Assembly: GCA_964057225.1 (NCBI GenBank)
Contig: CAXKVF010000077.1
Location: forward strand, 682,001 to 746,000
Length of the DNA stretch: 64,000 nt
From: Auanema rhodensis
Lineage: Eukaryota; Animalia; Nematoda
Direction of reading: 5' to 3'
The position numbers and the translations under genes are program-made. The notes beneath the pieces are model-generated. The model was given only the letters and a program-made list of their open reading frames with translations, searched no databases and was not told the origin of the DNA. Of this stretch, positions 42,157 to 55,532 are shown piece after piece (the first letter of the stretch is position 1; each line of letters opens with the position of its first letter).

Positions 42157-45100
42157 AAGCGAGTTACATACCAAGTGTACATCAAGTGTACATTTAATTA
42201 GCATAAATTAAAGTTCACGTAAATTTCAAAGTCATGGTTACCATGCACCAATATCAATAAAAATTTGTTTTTAGACTAATATGGACATGGGGAATCTAAT
42301 TTTGAAAACCGCATCTCTTTATCTTTCACGTGAAGCGAGTTACATACCAAGTGTACATCACGTGTACATTTAATTAGCATAAATTAAAGTTCACGTAAAT
42401 TTCAAAGTCATGGTTACCATGCACCAATATCAATAAAAATTTGTTTTTAGACTAATATGGACATGGGGAATCTAATTTTGAAAACCGCATCTCTTTATCT
42501 TTCACGTGAAGCGAGTTACATACCAAGTGCACATCACGTGTACATTTAATTAGCATAAATTAAAGTTCACGTAAATTTCAAAGTCATGGTTACCATGCAC
42601 CAATATCAATAAAAATTTGTTTTTAGACTAATATGGACATGGGGAATCTAATTTTGAAAACCGCATCTCTTTATCTTTCACGTGAAGCGAGTTACATACC
42701 AAGTGCACATAACGTGTACATTTAATTAGCATAAATTAAAGTTCACGTAAATTTCAAAGTCATGGTTACCATGCACCAATATCAATAAAAATTTGTTTTT
42801 AGACTAATATGGACATGGGGAATCTAATTTTGAAAACCGCATCTCTTTATCTTTCACGTGAAGCGAGTTACATACCAAGTGCACATCACGTGTACATTTA
42901 ATTAGCATAAATTAAAGTTCACGTAAACTACAAAGTCATGGTTACCATGCACCAATATCAATAAAAATTTGTTTTTAGACTAATATGGACATGGGGAATC
43001 TAATTTTGAAAACCGCATCTCTTTATCTTTTACGTGAAGCGAGTTACATACCAAGTGTACATCACGTGTACATTTAATTAGCATAAATTAAAGTTCACGT
43101 AAATTTCAAAGTCATGGTTACCATGCACCAATATCAATAAAAATTTGTTTTTAGACTAATATGGACATGGGGAATCTAATTTTGAAAACCGCATCTCTTT
43201 ATCTTTCACGTGAAGCGAGTTACATACCAAGTGCACATCACGTGTACATTTAATTAGCATAAATTAAAGTTCACGTAAATTTCAAAGTCATGGTTACCAT
43301 GAACCAATATCAATAAAAATTTGTTTTTAGACTAATATGGACATGGGGAATCTAATTTTGAAAACCGCATCTCTTTATCTTTCACGTGAAGCGAGTTACA
43401 TACCAAGTGCACATCACGTGTACATTTAATTAGCATAAATTAAAGTTCACGTAAATTTCAAAGTCATGGTTACCATGCACCAATATCAATAAAAATTTGT
43501 TTTTAGACTAATATGGACATGGGGAATCTAATTTTGAAAACCGCATCTCTTTATCTTTCACGTGAAGCGAGTTACATACCAAGTGCACATCACGTGTACA
43601 TTTAATTAGCATAAATTAAAGTTCACGTAAATTTCAAAGTCATGGTTACCATGAACCAATATCAATAAAAATTTGTTTTTAGACTAATATGGACATGGGG
43701 AATCTAATTTTGAAAACCGCATCTCTTTATCTTTCACGTGAAGCGAGTTACATACCAAGTGCACATCACGTGTACATTTAATTAGCATAAATTAAAGTTC
43801 ACGTAAATTTCAAAGTCATGGTTACCATGCACCAATATCAATAAAAATTTGTTTTTAGACTAATATGGACATGGGGAATCTAATTTTGAAAACCGCATCT
43901 CTTTATCTTTCACGTGAAGCGAGTTACATACCAAGTGCACATCACGTGTACATTTAATTAGCATAAATTAAAGTTCACGTAAATTTCAAAGTCATGGTTA
44001 CCATGAACCAATATCAATAAAAATTTGTTTTTAGACTAATATGGACATGGGGAATCTAATTTTGAAAACCGCATCTCTTTATCTTTCACGTGAAGCGAGT
44101 TACATACCAAGTGCACATCACGTGTACATTTAATTAGCATAAATTAAAGTTCACGTAAATTTCAAAGTCATGGTTACCATGCACCAATATCAATAAAAAT
44201 TTGTTTTTAGACTAATATGGACATGGGGAATCTAATTTTGAAAACCGCATCTCTTTATCTTTCACGTGAAGCGAGTTACATACCAAGTGCACATCACGTG
44301 TACATTTAATTAGCATAAATTAAAGTTCACGTAAATTTCAAAGTCATGGTTACCATGAACCAATATCAATAAAAATTTGTTTTTAGACTAATATGGACAT
44401 GGGGAATCTAATTTTGAAAACCGCATCTCTTTATCTTTCACGTGAAGCGAGTTACATACCAAGTGCACATCACGTGTACATTTAATTAGCATAAATTAAA
44501 GTTCACGTAAATTTCAAAGTCATGGTTACCATGAACCAATATCAATAAAAATTTGTTTTTAGACTAATATGGACATGGGGAATCTAATTTTGAAAACCGC
44601 ATCTCTTTATCTTTCACGTGAAGCGAGTTACATACCAAGTGCACATCACGTGTACATTTAATTAGCATAAATTAAAGTTCACGTAAATTTCAAAGTCATG
44701 GTTACCATGCACCAATATCAATAAAAATTTGTTTTTAGACTAATATGGACATGGGGAATCTAATTTTGAAAACCGCATCTCTTTATCTTTCACGTGAAGC
44801 GAGTTACATACCAAGTGCACATCACGTGTACATTTAATTAGCATAAATTAAAGTTCACGTAAATTTCAAAGTCATGGTTACCATGAACCAATATCAATAA
44901 AAATTTGTTTTTAGACTAATATGGACATGGGGAATCTAATTTTGAAAACCGCATCTCTTTATCTTTCACGTGAAGCGAGTTACATACCAAGTGCACATCA
45001 CGTGTACATTTAATTAGCATAAATTAAAGTTCACGTAAATTTCAAAGTCATGGTTACCATGCACCAATATCAATAAAAATTTGTTTTTAGACTAATATGG

Positions 45101-48100
45101 ACATGGGGAATCTAATTTTGAAAACCGCATCTCTTTATCTTTCACGTGAAGCGAGTTACATACCAAGTGCACATCACGTGTACATTTAATTAGCATAAAT
45201 TAAAGTTCACGTAAATTTCAAAGTCATGGTTACCATGAACCAATATCAATAAAAATTTGTTTTTAGACTAATATGGACATGGGGAATCTAATTTTGAAAA
45301 CCGCATCTCTTTATCTTTCACGTGAAGCGAGTTACATACCAAGTGCACATCACGTGTACATTTAATTAGCATAAATTAAAGTTCACGTAAATTTCAAAGT
45401 CATGGTTACCATGCACCAATATCAATAAAAATTTGTTTTTAGATTAATATGGACATGGGGAATCTAATTTTGAAAACCGCATCTCTTTATCTTTCAGGTG
45501 AAGCGAGTTACATACCAAATGCACATCACGTGTACATTTAATTAGCATAAATTAAAGTTCACGTAAATTTCAAAGTCATGGTTACCATGAACCAATATCA
45601 ATAAAAATTAGTTTTTAGACTAATATGGACATGGGGAATCTAATTTTGAAAACCGCATCTCTTTATCTTTCACGTGAAGCGAGTTACATACCAAGTGCAC
45701 ATCACGTGTACATTTAATTAGCATAAATTAAAGTTCACGTAAATTTCAAAGTCATGGTTACCATGCACCAATATCAATAAAAATTTGTTTTTAGACTAAT
45801 ATGGACATGGGGAATCTAATTTTGAAAACCGCATCTCTTTATCTTTCACGTGAAGCGAGTTACATACCAAGTGCACATCACGTGTACATTTAATTAGCAT
45901 AAATTAAAGTTCACGTAAATTTCAAAGTCATGGTTACCATGAACCAATATCAATAAAAATTTGTTTTTAGACTAATATGGACATGGGGAATCTAATTTTG
46001 AAAACCGCATCTCTTTATCTTTCACGTGAAGCGAGTTACATACCAAGTGCACATCACGTGTACATTTAATTAGCATAAATTAAAGTTCACGTAAATTTCA
46101 AAGTCATGGTTACCATGCACCAATATCAATAAAAATTTGTTTTTAGACTAATATGGACATGGGGAATCTAATTTTGAAAACCGCATCTCTTTATCTTTCA
46201 GGTGAAGCGAGTTACATACCAAATGCACATCACGTGTACATTTAATTAGCATAAATTAAAGTTCACGTAAATTTCAAAGTCATGGTTACCATGAACCAAT
46301 ATCAATAAAAATTTGTTTTTAGACTAATATGGACATGGGGAATCTAATTTTGAAAACCGCATCTCTTTATCTTTCACGTGAAGCGAGTTACATACCAAGT
46401 GCACATCACGTGTACATTTAATTAGCATAAATTAAAGTTCACGTAAATTTCAAAGTCATGGTTACCATGCACCAATATCAATAAAAATTTGTTTTTAGAC
46501 TAATATGGACATGGGGAATCTAATTTTGAAAACCGCATCTCTTTATCTTTCACGTGAAGCGAGTTACATACCAAGTGCACATCACGTGTACATTTAATTA
46601 GCATAAATTAAAGTTCACGTAAATTTCAAAGTCATGGTTACCATGAACCAATATCAATAAAAATTTGTTTTTAGACTAATATGGACATGGGGAATCTAAT
46701 TTTGAAAACCGCATCTCTTTATCTTTCACGTGAAGCGAGTTACATACCAAGTGCACATCACGTGTACATTTAATTAGCATAAATTAAAGTTCACGTAAAT
46801 TTCAAAGTCATGGTTACCATGCACCAATATCAATAAAAATTTGTTTTTAGACTAATATGGACATGGGGAATCTAATTTTGAAAACCGCATCTCTTTATCT
46901 TTCACGTGAAGCGAGTTACATACCAAGTGCACATCACGTGTACATTTAATTAGCATAAATTAAAGTTCACGTAAATTTCAAAGTCATGGTTACCATGAAC
47001 CAATATCAATAAAAATTTGTTTTTAGACTAATATGGACATGGGGAATCTAATTTTGAAAACCGCATCTCTTTATCTTTCACGTGAAGCGAGTTACATACC
47101 AAGTGCACATCACGTGTACATTTAATTAGCATAAATTAAAGTTCACGTAAATTTCAAAGTCATGGTTGCCATGAAGCAATATCAATAAAAATTTGTTTTT
47201 AGACTAATATGGACATGGGGAATCTAATTTTGAAAACCGCATCTCTTTATCTTTCACGTGAAGCGAGTTACATACCAAGTGCACATCACGTGTACATTTA
47301 ATTAGCATAAATTAAAGTTCACGTAAATTTCAAAGTCATGGTTACCATGCACCAATATCAATAAAAATTTGTTTTTAGACTAATATGGACATGGGGAATC
47401 TAATTTTGAAAACCGCATCTCTTTATCTTTCACGTGAAGCGAGTTACATACCAAGTGCACATCACGTGTACATTTAATTAGCATAAATTAAAGTTCACGT
47501 AAATTTCAAAGTCATGGTTACCATGAACCAATATCAATAAAAATTTGTTTTTAGACTAATATGGACATGGGGAATCTAATTTTGAAAACCGCATCTCTTT
47601 ATCTTTCACGTGAAGCGAGTTACATACCAAGTGCACATCACGTGTACATTTAATTAGCATAAATTAAAGTTCACGTAAATTTCAAAGTCATGGTTACCAT
47701 GAACCAATATCAATTAAAATTTGTTTTTAGACTAATATGGACATGGGGAATCTAATTTTGAAAACCGCATCTCTTTATCTTTCACGTGAAGCGAGTTACA
47801 TACCAAGTGCACATCACGTGTACATTTAATTAGCATAAATTAAAGTTCACGTAAATTTCAAAGTCATGGTTGCCATGAAGCAATATCAATAAAAATTTGT
47901 TTTTAGACTAATATGGACATGGGGAATCTAATTTTGAAAACCGCATCTCTTTATCTTTCACGTGAAGCGAGTTACATACCAAGTGCACATCACGTGTACA
48001 TTTAATTAGCATAAATTAAAGTTCACGTAAATTTCAAAGTCATGGTTACCATGAACCAATATCAATAAAAATTTGTTTTTAGACTAATATGGACATGGGG

Positions 48101-51100
48101 AATCTAATTTTGAAAACCGCATCTCTTTATCTTTCACGTGAAGCGAGTTACATACCAAGTGCATATCACGTGTACATTTAATTAGCATAAATTAAAGTTC
48201 ACGTAAATTTCAAAGTCATGGTTGCCATGAAGCAATATCAATAAAAATTTGTTTTTAGACTAATATGGACATGGGGAATCTAATTTTGAAAACCGCATCT
48301 CTTTATCTTTCACGTGAAGCGAGTTACATACCAAGTGCACATCACGTGTACATTTAATTAGCATAAATTAAAGTTCACGTAAATTTCAAAGTCATGGTTA
48401 CCATGAACCAATATCAATAAAAATTTGTTTTTAGACTAATATGGACATGGGGAATCTAATTTTGAAAACCGCATCTCTTTATCTTTCACGTGAAGCGAGT
48501 TACATACCAAGTGCACATCACGTGTACATTTAATTAGCATAAATTAAAGTTCACGTAAATTTCAAAGTCATGGTTACCATGAACCAATATCAATAAAAAT
48601 TTGTTTTTAGACTAATATGGACATGGGGAATCTAATTTTGAAAACCGCATCTCTTTATCTTTCACGTGAAGCGAGTTACATACCAAGTGCATATCACGTG
48701 TACATTTAATTAGCATAAATTAAAGTTCACGTAAATTTCAAAGTCATGGTTGCCATGAAGCAATATCAATAAAAATTTGTTTTTAGACTAATATGGACAT
48801 GGGGAATCTAATTTTGAAAACCGCATCTCTTTATCTTTCACGTGAAGCGAGTTACATACCAAGTGCACATCACGTGTACATTTAATTAGCATAAATTAAA
48901 GTTCACGTAAATTTCAAAGTCATGGTTACCATGAACCAATATCAATAAAAATTTGTTTTTAGACTAATATGGACATGGGGAATCTAATTTTGAAAACCGC
49001 ATCTCTTTATCTTTCACGTGAAGCGAGTTACATACCAAGTGCACATCACGTGTACATTTAATTAGCATAAATTAAAGTTCACGTAAATTTCAAAGTCATG
49101 GTTGCCATGAAGCAATATCAATAAAAATTTGTTTTTAGACTAATATGGACATGGGGAATCTAATTTTGAAAACCGCATCTCTTTATCTTTCACGTGAAGC
49201 GAGTTACATACCAAGTGCACATCACGTGTACATTTAATTAGCATAAATTAAAGTTCACGTAAATTTCAAAGTCATGGTTACCATGAACCAATATCAATAA
49301 AAATTTGTTTTTAGACTAATATGGACATGGGGAATCTAATTTTGAAAACCGCATCTCTTTATCTTTCACGTGAAGCGAGTTACATACCAAGTGCACATCA
49401 CGTGTACATTTAATTAGCATAAATTAAAGTTCACGTAAATTTCAAAGTCATGGTTACCATGCACCAATATCAATAAAAATTTGTTTTTAGACTAATATGG
49501 ACATGGGGAATCTAATTTTGAAAACCGCATCTCTTTATCTTTCACGTGAAGCGAGTTACATACCAAGTGCACATCACGTGTACATTTAATTAGCATAAAT
49601 TAAAGTTCACGTAAATTTCAAAGTCATGGTTACCATGCACCAATATCAATAAAAATTTGTTTTTAGATTAATATGGACATGGGGAATCTAATTTTGAAAA
49701 CCGCATCTCTTTATCTTTCAGGTGAAGCGAGTTACATACCAAATGCACATCACGTGTACATTTAATTAGCATAAATTAAAGTTCACGTAAATTTCAAAGT
49801 CATGGTTACCATGAACCAATATCAATAAAAATTTGTTTTTAGACTAATATGGACATGGGGAATCTAATTTTGAAAACCGCATCTCTTTATCTTTCACGTG
49901 AAGCGAGTTACATACCAAGTGCACATCACGTGTACATTTAATTAGCATAAATTAAAGTTCACGTAAATTTCAAAGTCATGGTTACCATGCACCAATATCA
50001 ATAAAAATTTGTTTTTAGACTAATATGGACATGGGGAATCTAATTTTGAAAACCGCATCTCTTTATCTTTCACGTGAAGCGAGTTACATACCAAGTGCAC
50101 ATCACGTGTACATTTAATTAGCATAAATTAAAGTTCACGTAAATTTCAAAGTCATGGTTACCATGAACCAATATCAATAAAAATTTGTTTTTAGACTAAT
50201 ATGGACATGGGGAATCTAATTTTGAAAACCGCATCTCTTTATCTTTCACGTGAAGCGAGTTACATACCAAGTGCACATCACGTGTACATTTAATTAGCAT
50301 AAATTAAAGTTCACGTAAATTTCAAAGTCATGGTTACCATGCACCAATATCAATAAAAATTTGTTTTTAGACTAATATGGACATGGGGAATCTAATTTTG
50401 AAAACCGCATCTCTTTATCTTTCACGTGAAGCGAGTTACATACCAAGTGCACATCACGTGTACATTTAATTAGCATAAATTAAAGTTCACGTAAATTTCA
50501 AAGTCATGGTTACCATGAACCAATATCAATAAAAATTTGTTTTTAGACTAATATGGACATGGGGAATCTAATTTTGAAAACCGCATCTCTTTATCTTTCA
50601 CGTGAAGCGAGTTACATACCAAGTGCACATCACGTGTACATTTAATTAGCATAAATTAAAGTTCACGTAAATTTCAAAGTCATGGTTGCCATGAAGCAAT
50701 ATCAATAAAAATTTGTTTTTAGACTAATATGGACATGGGGAATCTAATTTTGAAAACCGCATCTCTTTATCTTTCACGTGAAGCGAGTTACATACCAAGT
50801 GCACATCACGTGTACATTTAATTAGCATAAATTAAAGTTCACGTAAATTTCAAAGTCATGGTTACCATGAACCAATATCAATAAAAATTTGTTTTTAGAC
50901 TAATATGGACATGGGGAATCTAATTTTGAAAACCGCATCTCTTTATCTTTCACGTGAAGCGAGTTACATACCAAGTGCACATCACGTGTACATTTAATTA
51001 GCATAAATTAAAGTTCACGTAAATTTCAAAGTCATGGTTACCATGCACCAATATCAATAAAAATTTGTTTTTAGACTAATATGGACATGGGGAATCTAAT

Positions 51101-54100
51101 TTTGAAAACCGCATCTCTTTATCTTTCACGTGAAGCGAGTTACATACCAAGTGCACATCACGTGTACATTTAATTAGCATAAATTAAAGTTCACGTAAAT
51201 TTCAAAGTCATGGTTACCATGAACCAATATCAATAAAAATTTGTTTTTAGACTAATATGGACATGGGGAATCTAATTTTGAAAACCGCATCTCTTTATCT
51301 TTCACGTGAAGCGAGTTACATACCAAGTGCACATCACGTGTACATTTAATTAGCATAAATTAAAGTTCACGTAAATTTCAAAGTCATGGTTGCCATGAAG
51401 CAATATCAATAAAAATTTGTTTTTAGACTAATATGGACATGGGGAATCTAATTTTGAAAACCGCATCTCTTTATCTTTCACGTGAAGCGAGTTACATACC
51501 AAGTGCACATCACGTGTACATTTAATTAGCATAAATTAAAGTTCACGTAAATTTCAAAGTCATGGTTACCATGAACCAATATCAATAAAAATTTGTTTTT
51601 AGACTAATATGGACATGGGGAATCTAATTTTGAAAACCGCATATCTTTATCTTTCACGTGAAGCGAGTTACATACCAAGTGCACATCACGTGTACATTTA
51701 ATTAGCATAAATTAAAGTTCACGTAAATTTCAAAGTCATGGTTGCCATGAAGCAATATCAATAAAAATTTGTTTTTAGACTAATATGGACATGGGGAATC
51801 TAATTTTGAAAACCGCATCTCTTTATCTTTCACGTGAAGCGAGTTACATACCAAGTGCACATCACGTGTACATTTAATTAGCATAAATTAAAGTTCACGT
51901 AAATTTCAAAGTCATGGTTACCATGAACCAATATCAATAAAAATTTGTTTTTAGACTAATATGGACATGGGGAATCTAATTTTGAAAACCGCATCTCTTT
52001 ATCTTTCACGTGAAGCGAGTTACATACCAAGTGCACATCACGTGTACATTTAATTAGCATAAATTAAAGTTCACGTAAATTTCAAAGTCATGGTTACCAT
52101 GCACCAATATCAATAAAAATTTGTTTTTAGACTAATATGGACATGGGGAATCTAATTTTGAAAACCGCATCTCTTTATCTTTCACGTGAAGCGAGTTACA
52201 TACCAAGTGCACATCACGTGTACATTTAATTAGCATAAATTAAAGTTCACGTAAATTTCAAAGTCATGGTTACCATGAACCAATATCAATAAAAATTTGT
52301 TTTTAGACTAATATGGACATGGGGAATCTAATTTTGAAAACCGCATCTCTTTATCTTTCACGTGAAGCGAGTTACATACCAAGTGCACATCACGTGTACA
52401 TTTAATTAGCATAAATTAAAGTTCACGTAAATTTCAAAGTCATGGTTGCCATGAAGCAATATCAATAAAAATTTGTTTTTAGACTAATATGGACATGGGG
52501 AATCTAATTTTGAAAACCGCATCTCTTTATCTTTCACGTGAAGCGAGTTACATACCAAGTGCACATCACGTGTACATTTAATTAGCATAAATTAAAGTTC
52601 ACGTAAATTTCAAAGTCATGGTTACCATGAACCAATATCAATAAAAATTTGTTTTTAGACTAATATGGACATGGGGAATCTAATTTTGAAAACCGCATCT
52701 CTTTATCTTTCACGTGAAGCGAGTTACATACCAAGTGCACATCACGTGTACATTTAATTAGCATAAATTAAAGTTCACGTAAATTTCAAAGTCATGGTTG
52801 CCATGAAGCAATATCAATAAAAATTTGTTTTTAGACTAATATGGACATGGGGAATCTAATTTTGAAAACCGCATCTCTTTATCTTTCACGTGAAGCGAGT
52901 TACATACCAAGTGCACATCACGTGTACATTTAATTAGCATAAATTAAAGTTCACGTAAATTTCAAAGTCATGGTTACCATGAACCAATATCAATAAAAAT
53001 TTGTTTTTAGACTAATATGGACATGGGGAATCTAATTTTGAAAACCGCATCTCTTTATCTTTCACGTGAAGCGAGTTACATACCAAGTGCACATCACGTG
53101 TACATTTAATTAGCATAAATTAAAGTTCACGTAAATTTCAAAGTCATGGTTACCATGCACCAATATCAATAAAAATTTGTTTTTAGACTAATATGGACAT
53201 GGGGAATCTAATTTTGAAAACCGCATCTCTTTATCTTTCACGTGAAGCGAGTTACATACCAAGTGCACATCACGTGTACATTTAATTAGCATAAATTAAA
53301 GTTCACGTAAATTTCAAAGTCATGGTTACCATGAACCAATATCAATAAAAATTTGTTTTTAGACTAATATGGACATGGGGAATCTAATTTTGAAAACCGC
53401 ATCTCTTTATCTTTCACGTGAAGCGAGTTACATACCAAGTGCACATCACGTGTACATTTAATTAGCATAAATTAAAGTTCACGTAAATTTCAAAGTCATG
53501 GTTACCATGAAGCAATATTAATAAAAATTTGTTTTTAGACTAATATGGACATGGGGAATCTAATTTTGAAAACCGCATATCTTTATCTTTCACGTGAAGC
53601 GAGTTACATACCAAGTGCACATCACGTGTACATTTAATTAGCATAAATTAAAGTTCACGTAAATTTCAAAGTCATGGTTACCATGAACCAATATCAATAA
53701 AAATTTGTTTTTAGACTAATATGGACATGGGGAATCTAATTTTTAAAACCGCATCTCTTTATCTTTCACGTGAAGCGAGTTACATACCAAGTGCACATCA
53801 CGTGTACATTTAATTAGCATAAATTAAAGTTCACGTAAATTTCAAAGTCATGGTTACCATGAAGCAATATTAATAAAAATTTGTTTTTAGACTAATATGG
53901 ACATGGGGAATCTAATTTTGAAAACCGCATATCATTATCTTTCACGTGAAGCGAGTTACATACCAAGTGCACATCACGTGTACATTTAATTAGCATAAAT
54001 TAAAGTTCACGTAAAATTCAAAGTCATGGTTACCATGCACCAATATCAATAAAAATTTGTTTTTAGACTAATATGGACATGGGGAATCTAATTTTGAAAA

Positions 54101-55532
54101 CCGCATCTCTTTATCTTCCACGTGAAGCGAGTTACATACCAAGTGCACATCACGTGTACATTTAATTAGCATAAATTAAAGTTCACGTAAATTTCAAAGT
54201 CATGGTTACCATGAACCAATATCAATAAAAATTTGTTTTTAGACTAATATGGACATGGGGAATCTAATTTTGAAAACCGCATCTCTTTATCTTTCACGTG
54301 AAGCGAGTTACATACCAAGTGCACATCACGTGTACATTTAATTAGCATAAATTAAAGTTCACGTAAATTTCAAAGTCATGGTTACCATGCACCAATATCA
54401 ATAAAAATTTGTTTTTAGACTAATATGGACATGGGGAATCTAATTTTGAGAACCGCATCTCTTTATCTTTCACGTGAAGCGAGTTACATACCAAGTGCAC
54501 ATCACGTGTACATTTAATTAGCATAAATTAAAGTTCACGTAAATTTCAAAGTCATGGTTACCATGCACCAATATCAATAAAAATTTGTTTTTAGACTAAT
54601 ATGGACATGGGGAATCTAATTTTGAAAACCGCATCTCTTTATCTTCCACGTGAAGCGAGTTACATACCAAGTGCACATCACGTGTACATTTAATTAGCAT
54701 AAATTAAAGTTCACGTAAATTTCAAAGTCATGGTTACCATGAACCAATATCAATAAAAATTTGTTTTTAGACTAATATGGACATGGGGAATCTAATTTTG
54801 AAAACCGCATCTCTTTATCTTTCACGTGAAGCGAGTTACATACCAAGTGCACATCACGTGTACATTTAATTAGCATAAATTAAAGTTCACGTAAATTTCA
54901 AAGTCATGGTTACCATGCACCAATACCAATAAAAATTTGTTTTTAGACTAATATGGACATGGGGAATCTAATTTTGAGAACCGCATCTCTTTATCTTTCA
55001 CGTGAAGCGAGTTACATACCAAGTGCACATCACGTGTACATTTAATTAGCATAAATTAAAGTTCACGTAAATTTCAAAGTCATGGTTACCATGCACCAAT
55101 ATCAATAAAAATTTGTTTTTAGACTAATATGGACATGGGGAATCTAATTTTGAAAACCGCATCTCTTTATCTTTCACGTGAAGCGAGTTACATACCAAGT
55201 GCACATCACGTGTACATTTAATTAGCATAAATTAAAGTTCACGTAAATTTCAAAGTCATGGTTACCATGCACCAATATCAATAAAAATTTGTTTTTAGAC
55301 TAATATGGACATGGGGAATCTAATTTTGAAAACCGCATCTCTTTATCTTTCACGTGAAGCGAGTTACATACCAAGTGCACATCACGTGTACATTTAATTA
55401 GCATAAATTAAAGTTCACGTAAATTTCAAAGTCATGGTTACCATGCACCAATATCAATAAAAATTTGTTTTTAGACTAATATGGACATGGGGAATCTAAT
55501 TTTGAAAACCGCATCTTTTTATCTTTCACGTG

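Noticed and set aside
4841-53948. A/C/G monomer order as an information-bearing code
   Set aside because: The order is adequately explained by nested tandem duplications of 2-21 monomers; nothing in the sequence indicates a reading mechanism.
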